Origin: Sterolibacteriaceae bacterium
GTDB lineage: Bacteria > Pseudomonadota > Gammaproteobacteria > Burkholderiales > Rhodocyclaceae
NCBI GenBank assembly: GCA_043738625.1
Contig: JAYUFR010000221.1
Span: 2,326-66,325 of the forward strand
Reading direction: 5' to 3'
DNA length: 64,000 nucleotides
This document shows positions 16,419-24,758 of this stretch, in pieces (position 1 is the stretch's first letter; every line of letters starts with the position of its first letter). The position numbers and the translations under genes were made by a program. Below the pieces are notes generated by a model. The model saw only the letters and a list, made by a program, of their open reading frames with translations. It did not search any database and was not told the origin of the DNA.

Positions 16419-18032
16419 ATGGCACCTACCCGTTTAAGGCCTGCGACCGATTTTGATGCCGTAGTTGTGGGGGCGGGCTTTGCGGGCTTGTACATGTTGT
16501 ACAAGCTGCGCCAGCTGGGTATATCGACTCGAGTATATGAAATCGGGAGCGGTGTCGGAGGTACTTGGTTCTGGAACCGCTATCCGGGCGCCCGTTGCGA
16601 TGTCGAGAGTATGCAGTATTCCTACTCTTTCTCGGAGGAGTTGCAACAGGAATGGGAATGGACTGAGCGCTATCCCGCGCAAGCGGAGATTCTGCAATAC
16701 ATTGAGCACGTCGCAGACCGATTCGACCTGCGTCGCGACATTCAGTTAAAGACACGTATCGTTTCGGCGCACTTCGATGAGGACAAAGATCTTTGGCGTA
16801 TCGTCACCGACGCTGGCGAAAAGGTGACGGCGAAGTTTTGCATCATGGCGACGGGCGCGCTGTCCGCTGCCAGGAAACCCGACATTGAAGGGTTGGATAG
16901 CTTCAAAGGCGATTGGTACCACACTGGTTACTGGCCACACGCCCCAGTCGATTTCACGGGACAGCGCATCGCGGTGATCGGCACCGGCTCCTCGGGTATC
17001 CAGGTAACACCGGTCCTCGCCCAGCAAGCCAAACATGTCTACGTTTTCCAGCGCACGCCGAACTTCAGCATTCCAGCCTGGAATGCTCCCTTGTCGAAGG
17101 TAGCGCAAGATGATTGGAAGAAAAATTACCCGCAGCATCGCGCGACCGCGAAAGCAACGCGGTCGGGTGCGCTCTACGAATATAGTCAGCGCAGCGCATT
17201 CGACGTAACCGAGGCTGAGCGACAGCGGGAATTCGAAGCCAGATGGGCACGTGGAGGCGCAAATTTCACCCATGCCTTCAACGATATCTTTCGCTACAAA
17301 CCGGCAAACGACACGGCCGCGGATTTTGTGAGAGGCATGATCCGCAAAATCGTCAAGGATCCAGAGGTCGCCGCGAAACTAATTCCGATGGATCATGCCA
17401 TTGGCACGAAACGGATCTGTGTAGATACCGACTATTATGCGACCTTCAATCGCCCGAACGTAACGCTCGTGGACGTCCGCGCCTCGCCCATCATTAGTAT
17501 TGGCGCACACGCGATCAATACGCGAGACCAACGTATTGAAGTGGATAAGATCGTTTTCGCGACGGGATATGACGCGGTAACCGGCTCGCTCGCGCGCATC
17601 GATATCAGAGGGCGAGCCGGTGAAGAACTCAAACAGAAGTGGCTGGCCGGTCCCAAAACTTATCTTGGACTGATGAGCACCGGATATCCCAATCTTTTCA
17701 TCATTACCGGACCTGGCAGTCCGTCGGTACTGACGAACATGGTCACGGCGATTGAGCAGCATGTCGAGTGGATCGCCGATTGCCTGGCGTATATGCAACA
17801 TCAGAAACACCTATCGATCGAAGCCACTCTCCCAGCCGAAAATAATTGGGTCGTGCACGTCAACGAGGTCGCCGACGCGACGCTATTTCCGCGGACAGCC
17901 TCTTGGTATATGGGAGCGAACATCCCCGGAAAGCCACGCATTTTCCTTCCGTATGTTGGAGGCCTAGGAGCCTATAGCGAAATTTGCAGGGGCGTGGCTG
18001 CCGACAGTTACCGTGGTTTCGCCTTCAAATAA
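16419..18032 (+). CDS. Baeyer-Villiger monooxygenase (type I, FAD/NADPH dependent; cyclohexanone monooxygenase-like)
   Basis: VVVGAGFAGL...GGTWFWNRYPGARCDVES, BVMO fingerprint FKGDWYHTGYWPH (FxGxxxHxxxWP), and a second Rossmann motif VIGTGSSGIQ. Confidence 0.92.
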   Translation: MAPTRLRPATDFDAVVVGAGFAGLYMLYKLRQLGISTRVYEIGSGVGGTWFWNRYPGARCDVESMQYSYSFSEELQQEWEWTERYPAQAEILQYIEHVADRFDLRRDIQLKTRIVSAHFDEDKDLWRIVTDAGEKVTAKFCIMATGALSAARKPDIEGLDSFKGDWYHTGYWPHAPVDFTGQRIAVIGTGSSGIQVTPVLAQQAKHVYVFQRTPNFSIPAWNAPLSKVAQDDWKKNYPQHRATAKATRSGALYEYSQRSAFDVTEAERQREFEARWARGGANFTHAFNDIFRYKPANDTAADFVRGMIRKIVKDPEVAAKLIPMDHAIGTKRICVDTDYYATFNRPNVTLVDVRASPIISIGAHAINTRDQRIEVDKIVFATGYDAVTGSLARIDIRGRAGEELKQKWLAGPKTYLGLMSTGYPNLFIITGPGSPSVLTNMVTAIEQHVEWIADCLAYMQHQKHLSIEATLPAENNWVVHVNEVADATLFPRTASWYMGANIPGKPRIFLPYVGGLGAYSEICRGVAADSYRGFAFK

Positions 18033-18037
18033 ATTAA

Positions 18038-18055
18038 ATCATCACGGGTGTTGAC
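18038..18055. promoter_or_regulatory. copy of the recurrent palindrome (ATCATCA-N4-TGTTGAC)
   Basis: The left half matches 5 of 7 and the right half 7 of 7. It lies between the BVMO stop and the ligase gene and overlaps the -35. Confidence 0.4.
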
Positions 18056-18079
18056 AGAATCTCAACTCGAACGTATGAA
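18051..18079 (+). promoter_or_regulatory. candidate internal sigma70-type promoter ahead of the acyl-CoA ligase gene
   Basis: TTGACA (18051-18056), a 17-nt spacer, then TATGAA (18074-18079). If used, it rules out the track start at 18079 and favours ATG 18121. Confidence 0.45.
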
Positions 18080-18120
18080 TGGGCGTATTGATCGCTGCTC
18101 AAAATAGGGAATTTGGTCAT

Positions 18121-19779
18121 ATGATTGCCGCGCCGTTCAGCCGTACGCTTCCCTCCTTGCTCGATGAACAGGCTTTTCTAGGCGGTCAGCGGATTGCCGT
18201 CATTGCCAACGACCATGAATATTCCTATGCCGATCTCGCGCGGCGCTCGCGCCAGTTGGCGAGCGCATTGCGCGCCCGCGGAGTGCGGCGTGGTGAACGG
18301 ATCGGCATACTCTTGAGCAATCGGATCGAATGGCTGGAAATTTGTTTCGGCGCGAGTGCCGCCGGGGCGACTATCGTGCCCATCAGTACCTGGTCGAAAG
18401 AACAAGAGCTCGAATTCATCTTGCAAGATGCTGGCATACGCACGCTGTTCACCCTGCCGCAGCTCGGCAAGGAAGATTTCGCCGGCCTGTTGCGAAATCT
18501 CGTTCCTGAGGCCCATCAAAACCGCTCAGTGGGAGAGTGGCGCTCCGAACGTCTGCCTTTGCTGCGGAATCTAGTGTTGGTGAGCGCTCAGGGGGGCACT
18601 CCTGGCATGGGATGGTCTCGCTATGAAGACCTGTTCATGGATGCCGCGGCGATTACCGAGACCTTAGCACCGGGAGACGGACCTAGCGCGACAGACGACG
18701 CCTTTATCCTGTACACCTCCGGTTCGACCAACAAACCCAAAGCCGTACCGCTGGCCCATTTCGGCCTGATCGAGAACGGCTTCAATATCGGCGAGCGCCA
18801 AGGACTTGAACCGCAGGATCGCGTGCTCGCCGCAATCCCATTGTTTTGGGCCTATGGAGCGGCCAATGCGCTACCAGCAACCTTTAGCCACGCCTCGACG
18901 CTGGTGCTACAAGAACGTTTCGAAGCCGCCGGAGCGCTTGCCCTGATCGAACGCCACCGCTGCACGTCCATCTATACCCTGCCAGGGATGACGACGGCTC
19001 TCATCCGGCATCCGACTTTTAACCCTAAACGCACGCGTAGCCTGCGGACCGGCCTAACCATTGGAAATCCGCAGGACGTCGTCAACGCCGCCACGGTGCT
19101 GGGCGCATCCCGGATTTGCAACATCTATGGCTCCAGCGAAACCTATGGCAATTGCTGCGTAACTCCCAGCAGTTGGCCGCTGGATCGTCGTTCTTCCTGC
19201 CAAGGGCCTCCGCTTCCCGGAGTGTCGATTCGGCTGACGGATGTAAAGACCGGCGCCCCTGCCAAGTCCGGATCCTCCGGCCTCATCGAGGTTCACGGCT
19301 ATCTAATGGGCGGCTACCTAGGTCACAGCGCCGTCCAGAATGCCGAGGTCTTCACCGCAGACGGCTGGTATCGGAGCGGGGACATGGGTCAGTTCTCCGC
19401 CGAGGGCGATATCATTTTCATGGGCCGAAATTCGGAAATGATCAAACGTTCCGGCATCAATATCTCGCCCGCTGATGTAGAAGATATCTTGATGCAACAT
19501 CGAAGCGTTGCCGAAGCAGGCGTGGTCGGTGCGCCAGACCTCGAAAAAGGCGAAGAGATCGTCGCCTTCGTGGTTGCCGTCGCGGGAGCCTCTATTACGG
19601 CAGAAGAACTCTTCGCGCATTGCCGATCGGTGGCGTCGCAATATAAGGTGCCCGACCGCATCGAGTTCCGAGACGGCCTGCCAGCGAGTGCAACCGGAAA
19701 ACTACTGCGTCAGCCTTTAAAACAAGAAGCATTGAATTTGCGCAAGCGCCCGCTGCAAGGGATTTCAAATGACGCTTAA
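18121..19779 (+). CDS. AMP-dependent synthetase/ligase (acyl-CoA synthetase)
   Basis: ILYTSGSTNKPKAVPLAH (AMP-binding motif), YGSSETY, GWYRSGDMG and ATGKLLR. The track ORF starts at 18079. ATG 18121 (MIAAPFSR) is preferred. Confidence 0.9.
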   Translation: MIAAPFSRTLPSLLDEQAFLGGQRIAVIANDHEYSYADLARRSRQLASALRARGVRRGERIGILLSNRIEWLEICFGASAAGATIVPISTWSKEQELEFILQDAGIRTLFTLPQLGKEDFAGLLRNLVPEAHQNRSVGEWRSERLPLLRNLVLVSAQGGTPGMGWSRYEDLFMDAAAITETLAPGDGPSATDDAFILYTSGSTNKPKAVPLAHFGLIENGFNIGERQGLEPQDRVLAAIPLFWAYGAANALPATFSHASTLVLQERFEAAGALALIERHRCTSIYTLPGMTTALIRHPTFNPKRTRSLRTGLTIGNPQDVVNAATVLGASRICNIYGSSETYGNCCVTPSSWPLDRRSSCQGPPLPGVSIRLTDVKTGAPAKSGSSGLIEVHGYLMGGYLGHSAVQNAEVFTADGWYRSGDMGQFSAEGDIIFMGRNSEMIKRSGINISPADVEDILMQHRSVAEAGVVGAPDLEKGEEIVAFVVAVAGASITAEELFAHCRSVASQYKVPDRIEFRDGLPASATGKLLRQPLKQEALNLRKRPLQGISNDA

Positions 19780-20650
19780 TGCATGGGGCGTTTGGGGAGT
19801 GGACGACGAAATCGGCGCGTTGAATCGCGTGACATCTCGCGAGGTGGTGAACGCCGCATCGTTGGTGCGCCTAGGTCGCGTGGTGGCACTGGCACAGCCG
19901 CTGTCGAAGCACACTCCGGTGCCTAGCCACCGAACCTCGATGCAGCACTTTATGAATCGTGACGGTGGGGACTATGCGGCGGGTGCCCGCCGCCCGCACG
20001 GGTTTCAGTTCGCTGAGGACACGGTGGTCTTGCCGGTGCACCTGGGTACCCACATCGATGCGCTGTGTCATGCGTGGTACGGCGACCAGCTGTATAACGG
20101 TCATCCCAGCACCGAGATAAACAGCACTTCCGGGGCCAAGCGATGCGGCGTTGATAAACTACCACCAATCGTCGCACGAGGCGTGCTGCTGGACGTTGCA
20201 AAATCTCATGGCGGCCCACTGCCCTCGGGTTATTCAATTGGACGCGCCGAACTTGAGGCTACCGCGGATCGCGCCGGCATCGAACTGTGTAACGGCGATG
20301 CGGTTCTTATCCGTACCGGCTGGCTGGAAAGTCAGGCAGGGCGGGCCCCACGACTAGTCGATTTCAATACCGAGCCGGGTATCGATGTGGAGGCTGCGCT
20401 ATGGCTGGCAACCTCAGGAGTCGCGCTCGTCGGCGCAGATAATTTCGCGATCGAGGTCATACCGTTTCCAGCGGGCCAGGTCTTCCCGGTACACCAGCGA
20501 TTAATTCGCGACTACGGTATACCGTTACTAGAGGGGCTCGTCTTGCAGGAGTTTGCGGCCTGTGGTGTCAATGATTTCCTGTTCGTAGCAGCAGCGTTGC
20601 CGATCGTTGGCGGCACGGGAAGCCCCATAACGCCCGTGGCGATTTTTTAA
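19769..20650 (+). CDS. cyclase family protein (PF04199-like metal-dependent hydrolase, kynurenine formamidase/isatin hydrolase fold)
   Basis: WGVWGVDDEIGALN..., the metal motif VHLGTHIDALCHAW, and the GVLLDV and LVGADNFAIE segments are typical of the family. Overlaps the ligase end by 11 nt. Confidence 0.8.
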   Translation: MTLNAWGVWGVDDEIGALNRVTSREVVNAASLVRLGRVVALAQPLSKHTPVPSHRTSMQHFMNRDGGDYAAGARRPHGFQFAEDTVVLPVHLGTHIDALCHAWYGDQLYNGHPSTEINSTSGAKRCGVDKLPPIVARGVLLDVAKSHGGPLPSGYSIGRAELEATADRAGIELCNGDAVLIRTGWLESQAGRAPRLVDFNTEPGIDVEAALWLATSGVALVGADNFAIEVIPFPAGQVFPVHQRLIRDYGIPLLEGLVLQEFAACGVNDFLFVAAALPIVGGTGSPITPVAIF

Positions 20651-20659
20651 GGAGTCAGC

Positions 20660-21826
20660 ATGTCGAGTTCCAGATTAGTTGGCGTGATTGGAAGCGCGAT
20701 CCACGCCGTCGTGCTCGACGTAGAGAGGCGATCCCTTGAGGAGATCATCTACGATGCCGTGCAGGAGTGTTTACGCGACGCGGGTGTGACGTCCGCTGAC
20801 TTTGAGGGGATCGTGGTTGCCAGCAACGACCAATATGATGGTCGGGCCATCTCAGTTATGGCCGCGTCGGGATCGGTTGGAGGAGTCGATCGCGACATCC
20901 TCTCGACCCCCTCAGCCGCCGAACATGCCTTTGTCATGGGCACGCTGCGCGTGGCGTCGGGTCAATTCGACACGCAGCTGGTCGTTTCCTGGGGCACCAG
21001 GGAAGCCTCCTCGCAGTCGGAAGTCGAGCGGCTCGCCGCCGATCCCTACTACCATCGCGCTCTGCCCTTGGATGACCTCGCAGGCCAAGCGTTGCAGGCC
21101 TCCGCGATCCTGAGCGCCATGCCCTCGGCAGAGGCGCTGACGCGTCGGATCCTCATGAAGAATCGCGCGAACGGACTGATCGCTTTTCCAGATACTGCCG
21201 CGACATGCCCGACCCATGACGAGGTAATGGCAAGCCGAGTGCGGCGCTGGCCATTGAGGGATGCAATGATCTCACCGCGCACGACCGGCGTGGTGGCACT
21301 ATTTCTGGCGTCGGAAGAATTCATCGAGGCGCGACGCATCGACGCCGCTTGGATTGCGGGAATGGGATGGGCCACGGAACCGAGCTTCCTCGGCGATCGC
21401 GACCTTGCACAAGCCCCTGCACTCGTTGCCGCCGCGAAGGTCGCTTACCGCGAAGCCGGTGTTGCCGATCCGGCCACCGCGTTCGATTTAGCTGAGGTCG
21501 CCGACGCCACGGCTTATCAGGAACTGCTGGCCTATGAAGCTTTAGGCCTAGCGTCGCGTAAAGACTGGCAGGCCAAAGTGTCAGAGGGTAGTTTCGGGCC
21601 CACGGGTGACCTTCCGGTCAACCTTTCCGGTGGTGCTGTTAGCCGAAACCCAACTTTTTGCGCGGGACTGGTGGCGATCGGGGAAGTGGCAAACCAGGTG
21701 AGGGGGCGCGCCGGACGGATCCAAAAGCCAATCGTCCGCCAGGCACTCGCGCATGCTGCCAGCGGGATCGCCATGCAGTATCAAACTGTCGTCGTACTCC
21801 GATCGAGCAAAGGAGCCAGCCAATGA
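20660..21826 (+). CDS. thiolase-fold protein (SCP-x/Ltp-like) lacking canonical catalytic residues
   Basis: 388 aa with overall SCP-x thiolase architecture (VGVIGSA..., NLSGGAVSRNP...). By-eye alignment puts STPSAAEHAF where the ACASG nucleophile loop is expected. There is no Cys, and no His in the GHP position. Confidence 0.75.
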   Translation: MSSSRLVGVIGSAIHAVVLDVERRSLEEIIYDAVQECLRDAGVTSADFEGIVVASNDQYDGRAISVMAASGSVGGVDRDILSTPSAAEHAFVMGTLRVASGQFDTQLVVSWGTREASSQSEVERLAADPYYHRALPLDDLAGQALQASAILSAMPSAEALTRRILMKNRANGLIAFPDTAATCPTHDEVMASRVRRWPLRDAMISPRTTGVVALFLASEEFIEARRIDAAWIAGMGWATEPSFLGDRDLAQAPALVAAAKVAYREAGVADPATAFDLAEVADATAYQELLAYEALGLASRKDWQAKVSEGSFGPTGDLPVNLSGGAVSRNPTFCAGLVAIGEVANQVRGRAGRIQKPIVRQALAHAASGIAMQYQTVVVLRSSKGASQ

Positions 21827-23004
21827 GCGGTCAACGAGTCGGTATCATTGGCATTGGACAGTCGGCATTTCGCCGCAAGCGTGATGATGCCAGCTACCCC
21901 GATCTGGTGCGCGAGGCCGTCAATCTGGCCATGCGGGATGCGAGCCTTAACTTTGAAGACATTGAAGCCGTAATCTATTCGTTGTCCCCGGATGCCATGG
22001 TGGGCATCGGCAACGCCGAGCGGGCGGGTGTGGATGCGGTGGGCGCACGCAGCAAGCCATTCCTGCGCATTAACACCGGTGGCGCAACGGGCATATCGAG
22101 TGTCATTGCCGCGTGGTCGCATGTCGCCGCGGGCGCGTACGATGTAGTGCTGACGGCCGGTGCCGACAAGGTCGGTGAGTGCGGCGACAGCCAGACCGTA
22201 CTGAATAAGATCTGGGACCCAACCTACGAGCGCCAGTTGCCACTCGGCACGATCAACATGCTGGCGATGTCAGCCGTCCGTTACATGCATAAGTACGACA
22301 TGACCCAGAACGACATGGCCAAGGTGGTGGTCAAGAACCGTGCGCATGCCGCGCTTAACCCCAACGCACATCTGAGCGCCGAAACCACTGAAGCAGAAGT
22401 AATGGCGTCTCGCATGATATCTTGGCCGATTAAGCTTTTTGATTGTTGCCCGCAATCGAGCGGCGGGTGCGCCATGGTGCTGGCATCCGAACGCTACATT
22501 AAGGATCGCGGTCTTGATGCGGTCTGGATCTCCGGCCTTTCCCAATGTGCGGAGACTTACTATCTGGGCGATCGGATGGGAGTCGGCTTTACCGCTGATC
22601 ATGCCGACGCACATGCATTAGGAAAGTCCTTCGAGCGCTCGTTCCGTATGGCGGGCATCAAAAATCCCAGGCGCCAAGTCGATGTGGCAGAGCTGTATGC
22701 ACCGTTCAGCAACACCGAATTCCATTCGATTGAGGCCGCGGGCTTGGCCGATCTCGGTCAGTCGCCCGCGATGCTGCGCGAGGGGCAGTTTTACTTAGGA
22801 AAAACAGGACCGGTCGTGAACCCTTCAGGTGGCACGCTGTGCACCAACGCCATTGCAGTGACTGCCATGGTACGTGTCGCAGAAGTGGCTCTGCAAGTCT
22901 GGGGACGGGCCGGCGCTCATCAAGTGCGAGGCGCCAAGATCGGAATTGCAAGCGGTAACGGCGGCGACCACCAATTCTTCGGCACAATGGTCGTAGAAGC
23001 TTAA
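21823..23004 (+). CDS. thiolase-fold protein (SCP-x/Ltp2-like) lacking canonical catalytic residues
   Basis: The start ATG at 21823 overlaps the upstream TGA (ATGA). MSGQRVGIIGIGQSAFRRK...RINTGGATGISSVIAAW occupies the place of xxxACASG, so Cys is replaced by Gly. NPSGGTLCTNAIAVTA occupies the place of NPSGGxxxxGHPxGATG, so His is replaced by Asn. The track start at 21658 lies inside the previous gene. Confidence 0.8.
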   Translation: MSGQRVGIIGIGQSAFRRKRDDASYPDLVREAVNLAMRDASLNFEDIEAVIYSLSPDAMVGIGNAERAGVDAVGARSKPFLRINTGGATGISSVIAAWSHVAAGAYDVVLTAGADKVGECGDSQTVLNKIWDPTYERQLPLGTINMLAMSAVRYMHKYDMTQNDMAKVVVKNRAHAALNPNAHLSAETTEAEVMASRMISWPIKLFDCCPQSSGGCAMVLASERYIKDRGLDAVWISGLSQCAETYYLGDRMGVGFTADHADAHALGKSFERSFRMAGIKNPRRQVDVAELYAPFSNTEFHSIEAAGLADLGQSPAMLREGQFYLGKTGPVVNPSGGTLCTNAIAVTAMVRVAEVALQVWGRAGAHQVRGAKIGIASGNGGDHQFFGTMVVEA

Positions 23005-23021
23005 TCTTAGAAGGACTGAAA

Positions 23022-23477
23022 ATGGAATTACTCAATCGGCAAGAAACCTGGAACATTACTTACACGCACGCTCTTGGCGAGACGGCGAGCTGGTTTTACG
23101 TGCAAATTCGCGACCATGCCAAGATCTACGGTCGACGCGATGGCAAGTCGGGGCGGGTGTTGGTACCGCCCCGCGCCTTCTCCGACCAGACACTTGAACC
23201 TACGACCGAGTGGGTCGAGGTGGGGCCCGGCGGTTGCATTGAGGCGTTCACCATCGTCTACGATAAGTTCACCAATCTTCCTGATCCACCGTATGCCTTC
23301 GGCTATGTCAAGCTTGATAACGCCGACACGGGTCTTGGGGGGTTTTTCAAAGGCGTCAATCTGACTGACCCGGCTCGCGCAGCGCAACTGCTAAAGGTCG
23401 GAACACGGGTGAAAACCGTGTACGCTGAGCATCGAATCGGCAGCATTCTCGATTTTTGGTTCGAGCCAGTGGCTTAA
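23022..23477 (+). CDS. DUF35 OB-fold protein (acyl-CoA-associated, Zn-ribbon cysteines absent)
   Basis: 151 aa. The sequence ...FYVQIRDHAKIYGRRDGKSGRVLVPPRAF...WVEVGPGGCIEAFTIV...PYAFGYVKLD...VGTRVK matches the DUF35 rubredoxin-like plus OB-fold layout. The usual CxxC...CxxC cysteines are not present. Confidence 0.7.
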   Translation: MELLNRQETWNITYTHALGETASWFYVQIRDHAKIYGRRDGKSGRVLVPPRAFSDQTLEPTTEWVEVGPGGCIEAFTIVYDKFTNLPDPPYAFGYVKLDNADTGLGGFFKGVNLTDPARAAQLLKVGTRVKTVYAEHRIGSILDFWFEPVA

Positions 23478-24721
23478 GGAACATCCCATTCGAGATTCAG
23501 TCGCTCAAACGTTGCCACCACACCCGAATGCGCGACCATCTTAAACCCTTCTTGCAAACGGAATTTAGGGATGCGGGACAGCCATTCCTGCAAAGTCACG
23601 CCGATTTCCATGCGGGCAAGGTGCATCCCGGCACAAATATGCGCGCCTCCGCCAAAAGTGGAGTGGGACATCGCCTTCCGTGCAAAGTTGAGATCCATGG
23701 GATCTTTATTTTCGCGCTCATCGATGCCGTGCAGCGTCGACGGAATTAACACCATTTCGCCCTGCTTCATTTCTATTCCATCGCGGATGATGTCTTTGGT
23801 AACCAGGCGAGCCTGAGCGACCAGAGGGAATCGCCGAATTAGCTCCTCAGCCCGTATTGGAATGCGTGCAGGATCGCTACGAAGTTCCTCAACATAGGCC
23901 GGATTGCGCGCAAGGAATTCCATGCAGAACGGTAGAAAGTTTACTACCGTATCTAAGCCCGCCAGTAGGACCAACGTAATCATCGCCAGAATCTCGTATT
24001 CGCTTACGGGCTGACCATTCACCTGACTGTGGATAATCGTGCTGATCCAGTCTCCTGTTGGGTTTGCGCGGCGCTCCTGGACCGTGGGACCGATATAAGC
24101 AAAGAAGCCTTTATTGGCGGCTGCCATGGACGCGGCCATTTCATCCGGTGTGGTGCCATTGGGCCGCAGCATTTGGTCGGCAAATCCCATTAGCACCGCA
24201 GCATCCTGCAACGGCAGACCGGAAAATGCCAAGAAAACTTTGATGGGAAATATATGCGAATAGGCGGCGCAGAATTCGACCTTGCCGTCTGCGGCAAATC
24301 CTTCAATAAGTTCGACCGCCACTGCGCGAATCGCACCTTCAATTTTCTTGATTTCGCGCAAACCCAACCCTTTGTTCAGCACTTGGCGATAAGGGGTGTG
24401 CTCGGGAGGATCCATGTTCATAGGAATCAATTTATGTTGCAGACCGGCTTCCTTAGGAACGATCATCACCCGCGCCGAAAAGTGTTCCGGGTCGTTCAAA
24501 AATTCGGCAATCGTCGCGCCGCGTGTTGCTATCCAGTGACCACCATTGTGAGGCGTCCACACCAGATCCGGAATACCAGGTTTCTGAAGCCTCTTCCACG
24601 CTTCATGGTAGCCCTCCTCAATGCCAGCGGGATGGTGCACGTCGAAGTCGACGATCCGAGAGGCCGGAACGTGCGCGGGGATCGGTACGGTCGTGTTTGT
24701 TACCATCGCTTCATTGCTCAT
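23474..24721 (-). CDS. cytochrome P450 (bacterial class, CYP101/CYP116-like layout)
   Basis: I-helix LLAGLDTVVNFL, EXXR in EELIRRFP, and haem loop FGGGAHICAGMHLA. I prefer the start at M5 (MSNEAM, 24721), preceded by GGAGGG. The stop codon overlaps the DUF35 stop on the other strand. Confidence 0.9.
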   Translation of the reverse strand: MSNEAMVTNTTVPIPAHVPASRIVDFDVHHPAGIEEGYHEAWKRLQKPGIPDLVWTPHNGGHWIATRGATIAEFLNDPEHFSARVMIVPKEAGLQHKLIPMNMDPPEHTPYRQVLNKGLGLREIKKIEGAIRAVAVELIEGFAADGKVEFCAAYSHIFPIKVFLAFSGLPLQDAAVLMGFADQMLRPNGTTPDEMAASMAAANKGFFAYIGPTVQERRANPTGDWISTIIHSQVNGQPVSEYEILAMITLVLLAGLDTVVNFLPFCMEFLARNPAYVEELRSDPARIPIRAEELIRRFPLVAQARLVTKDIIRDGIEMKQGEMVLIPSTLHGIDERENKDPMDLNFARKAMSHSTFGGGAHICAGMHLARMEIGVTLQEWLSRIPKFRLQEGFKMVAHSGVVATFERLNLEWDVP

Positions 24722-24758
24722 GACACCCTCCAAAATTATTAATGAATGTTTTTGCGCT

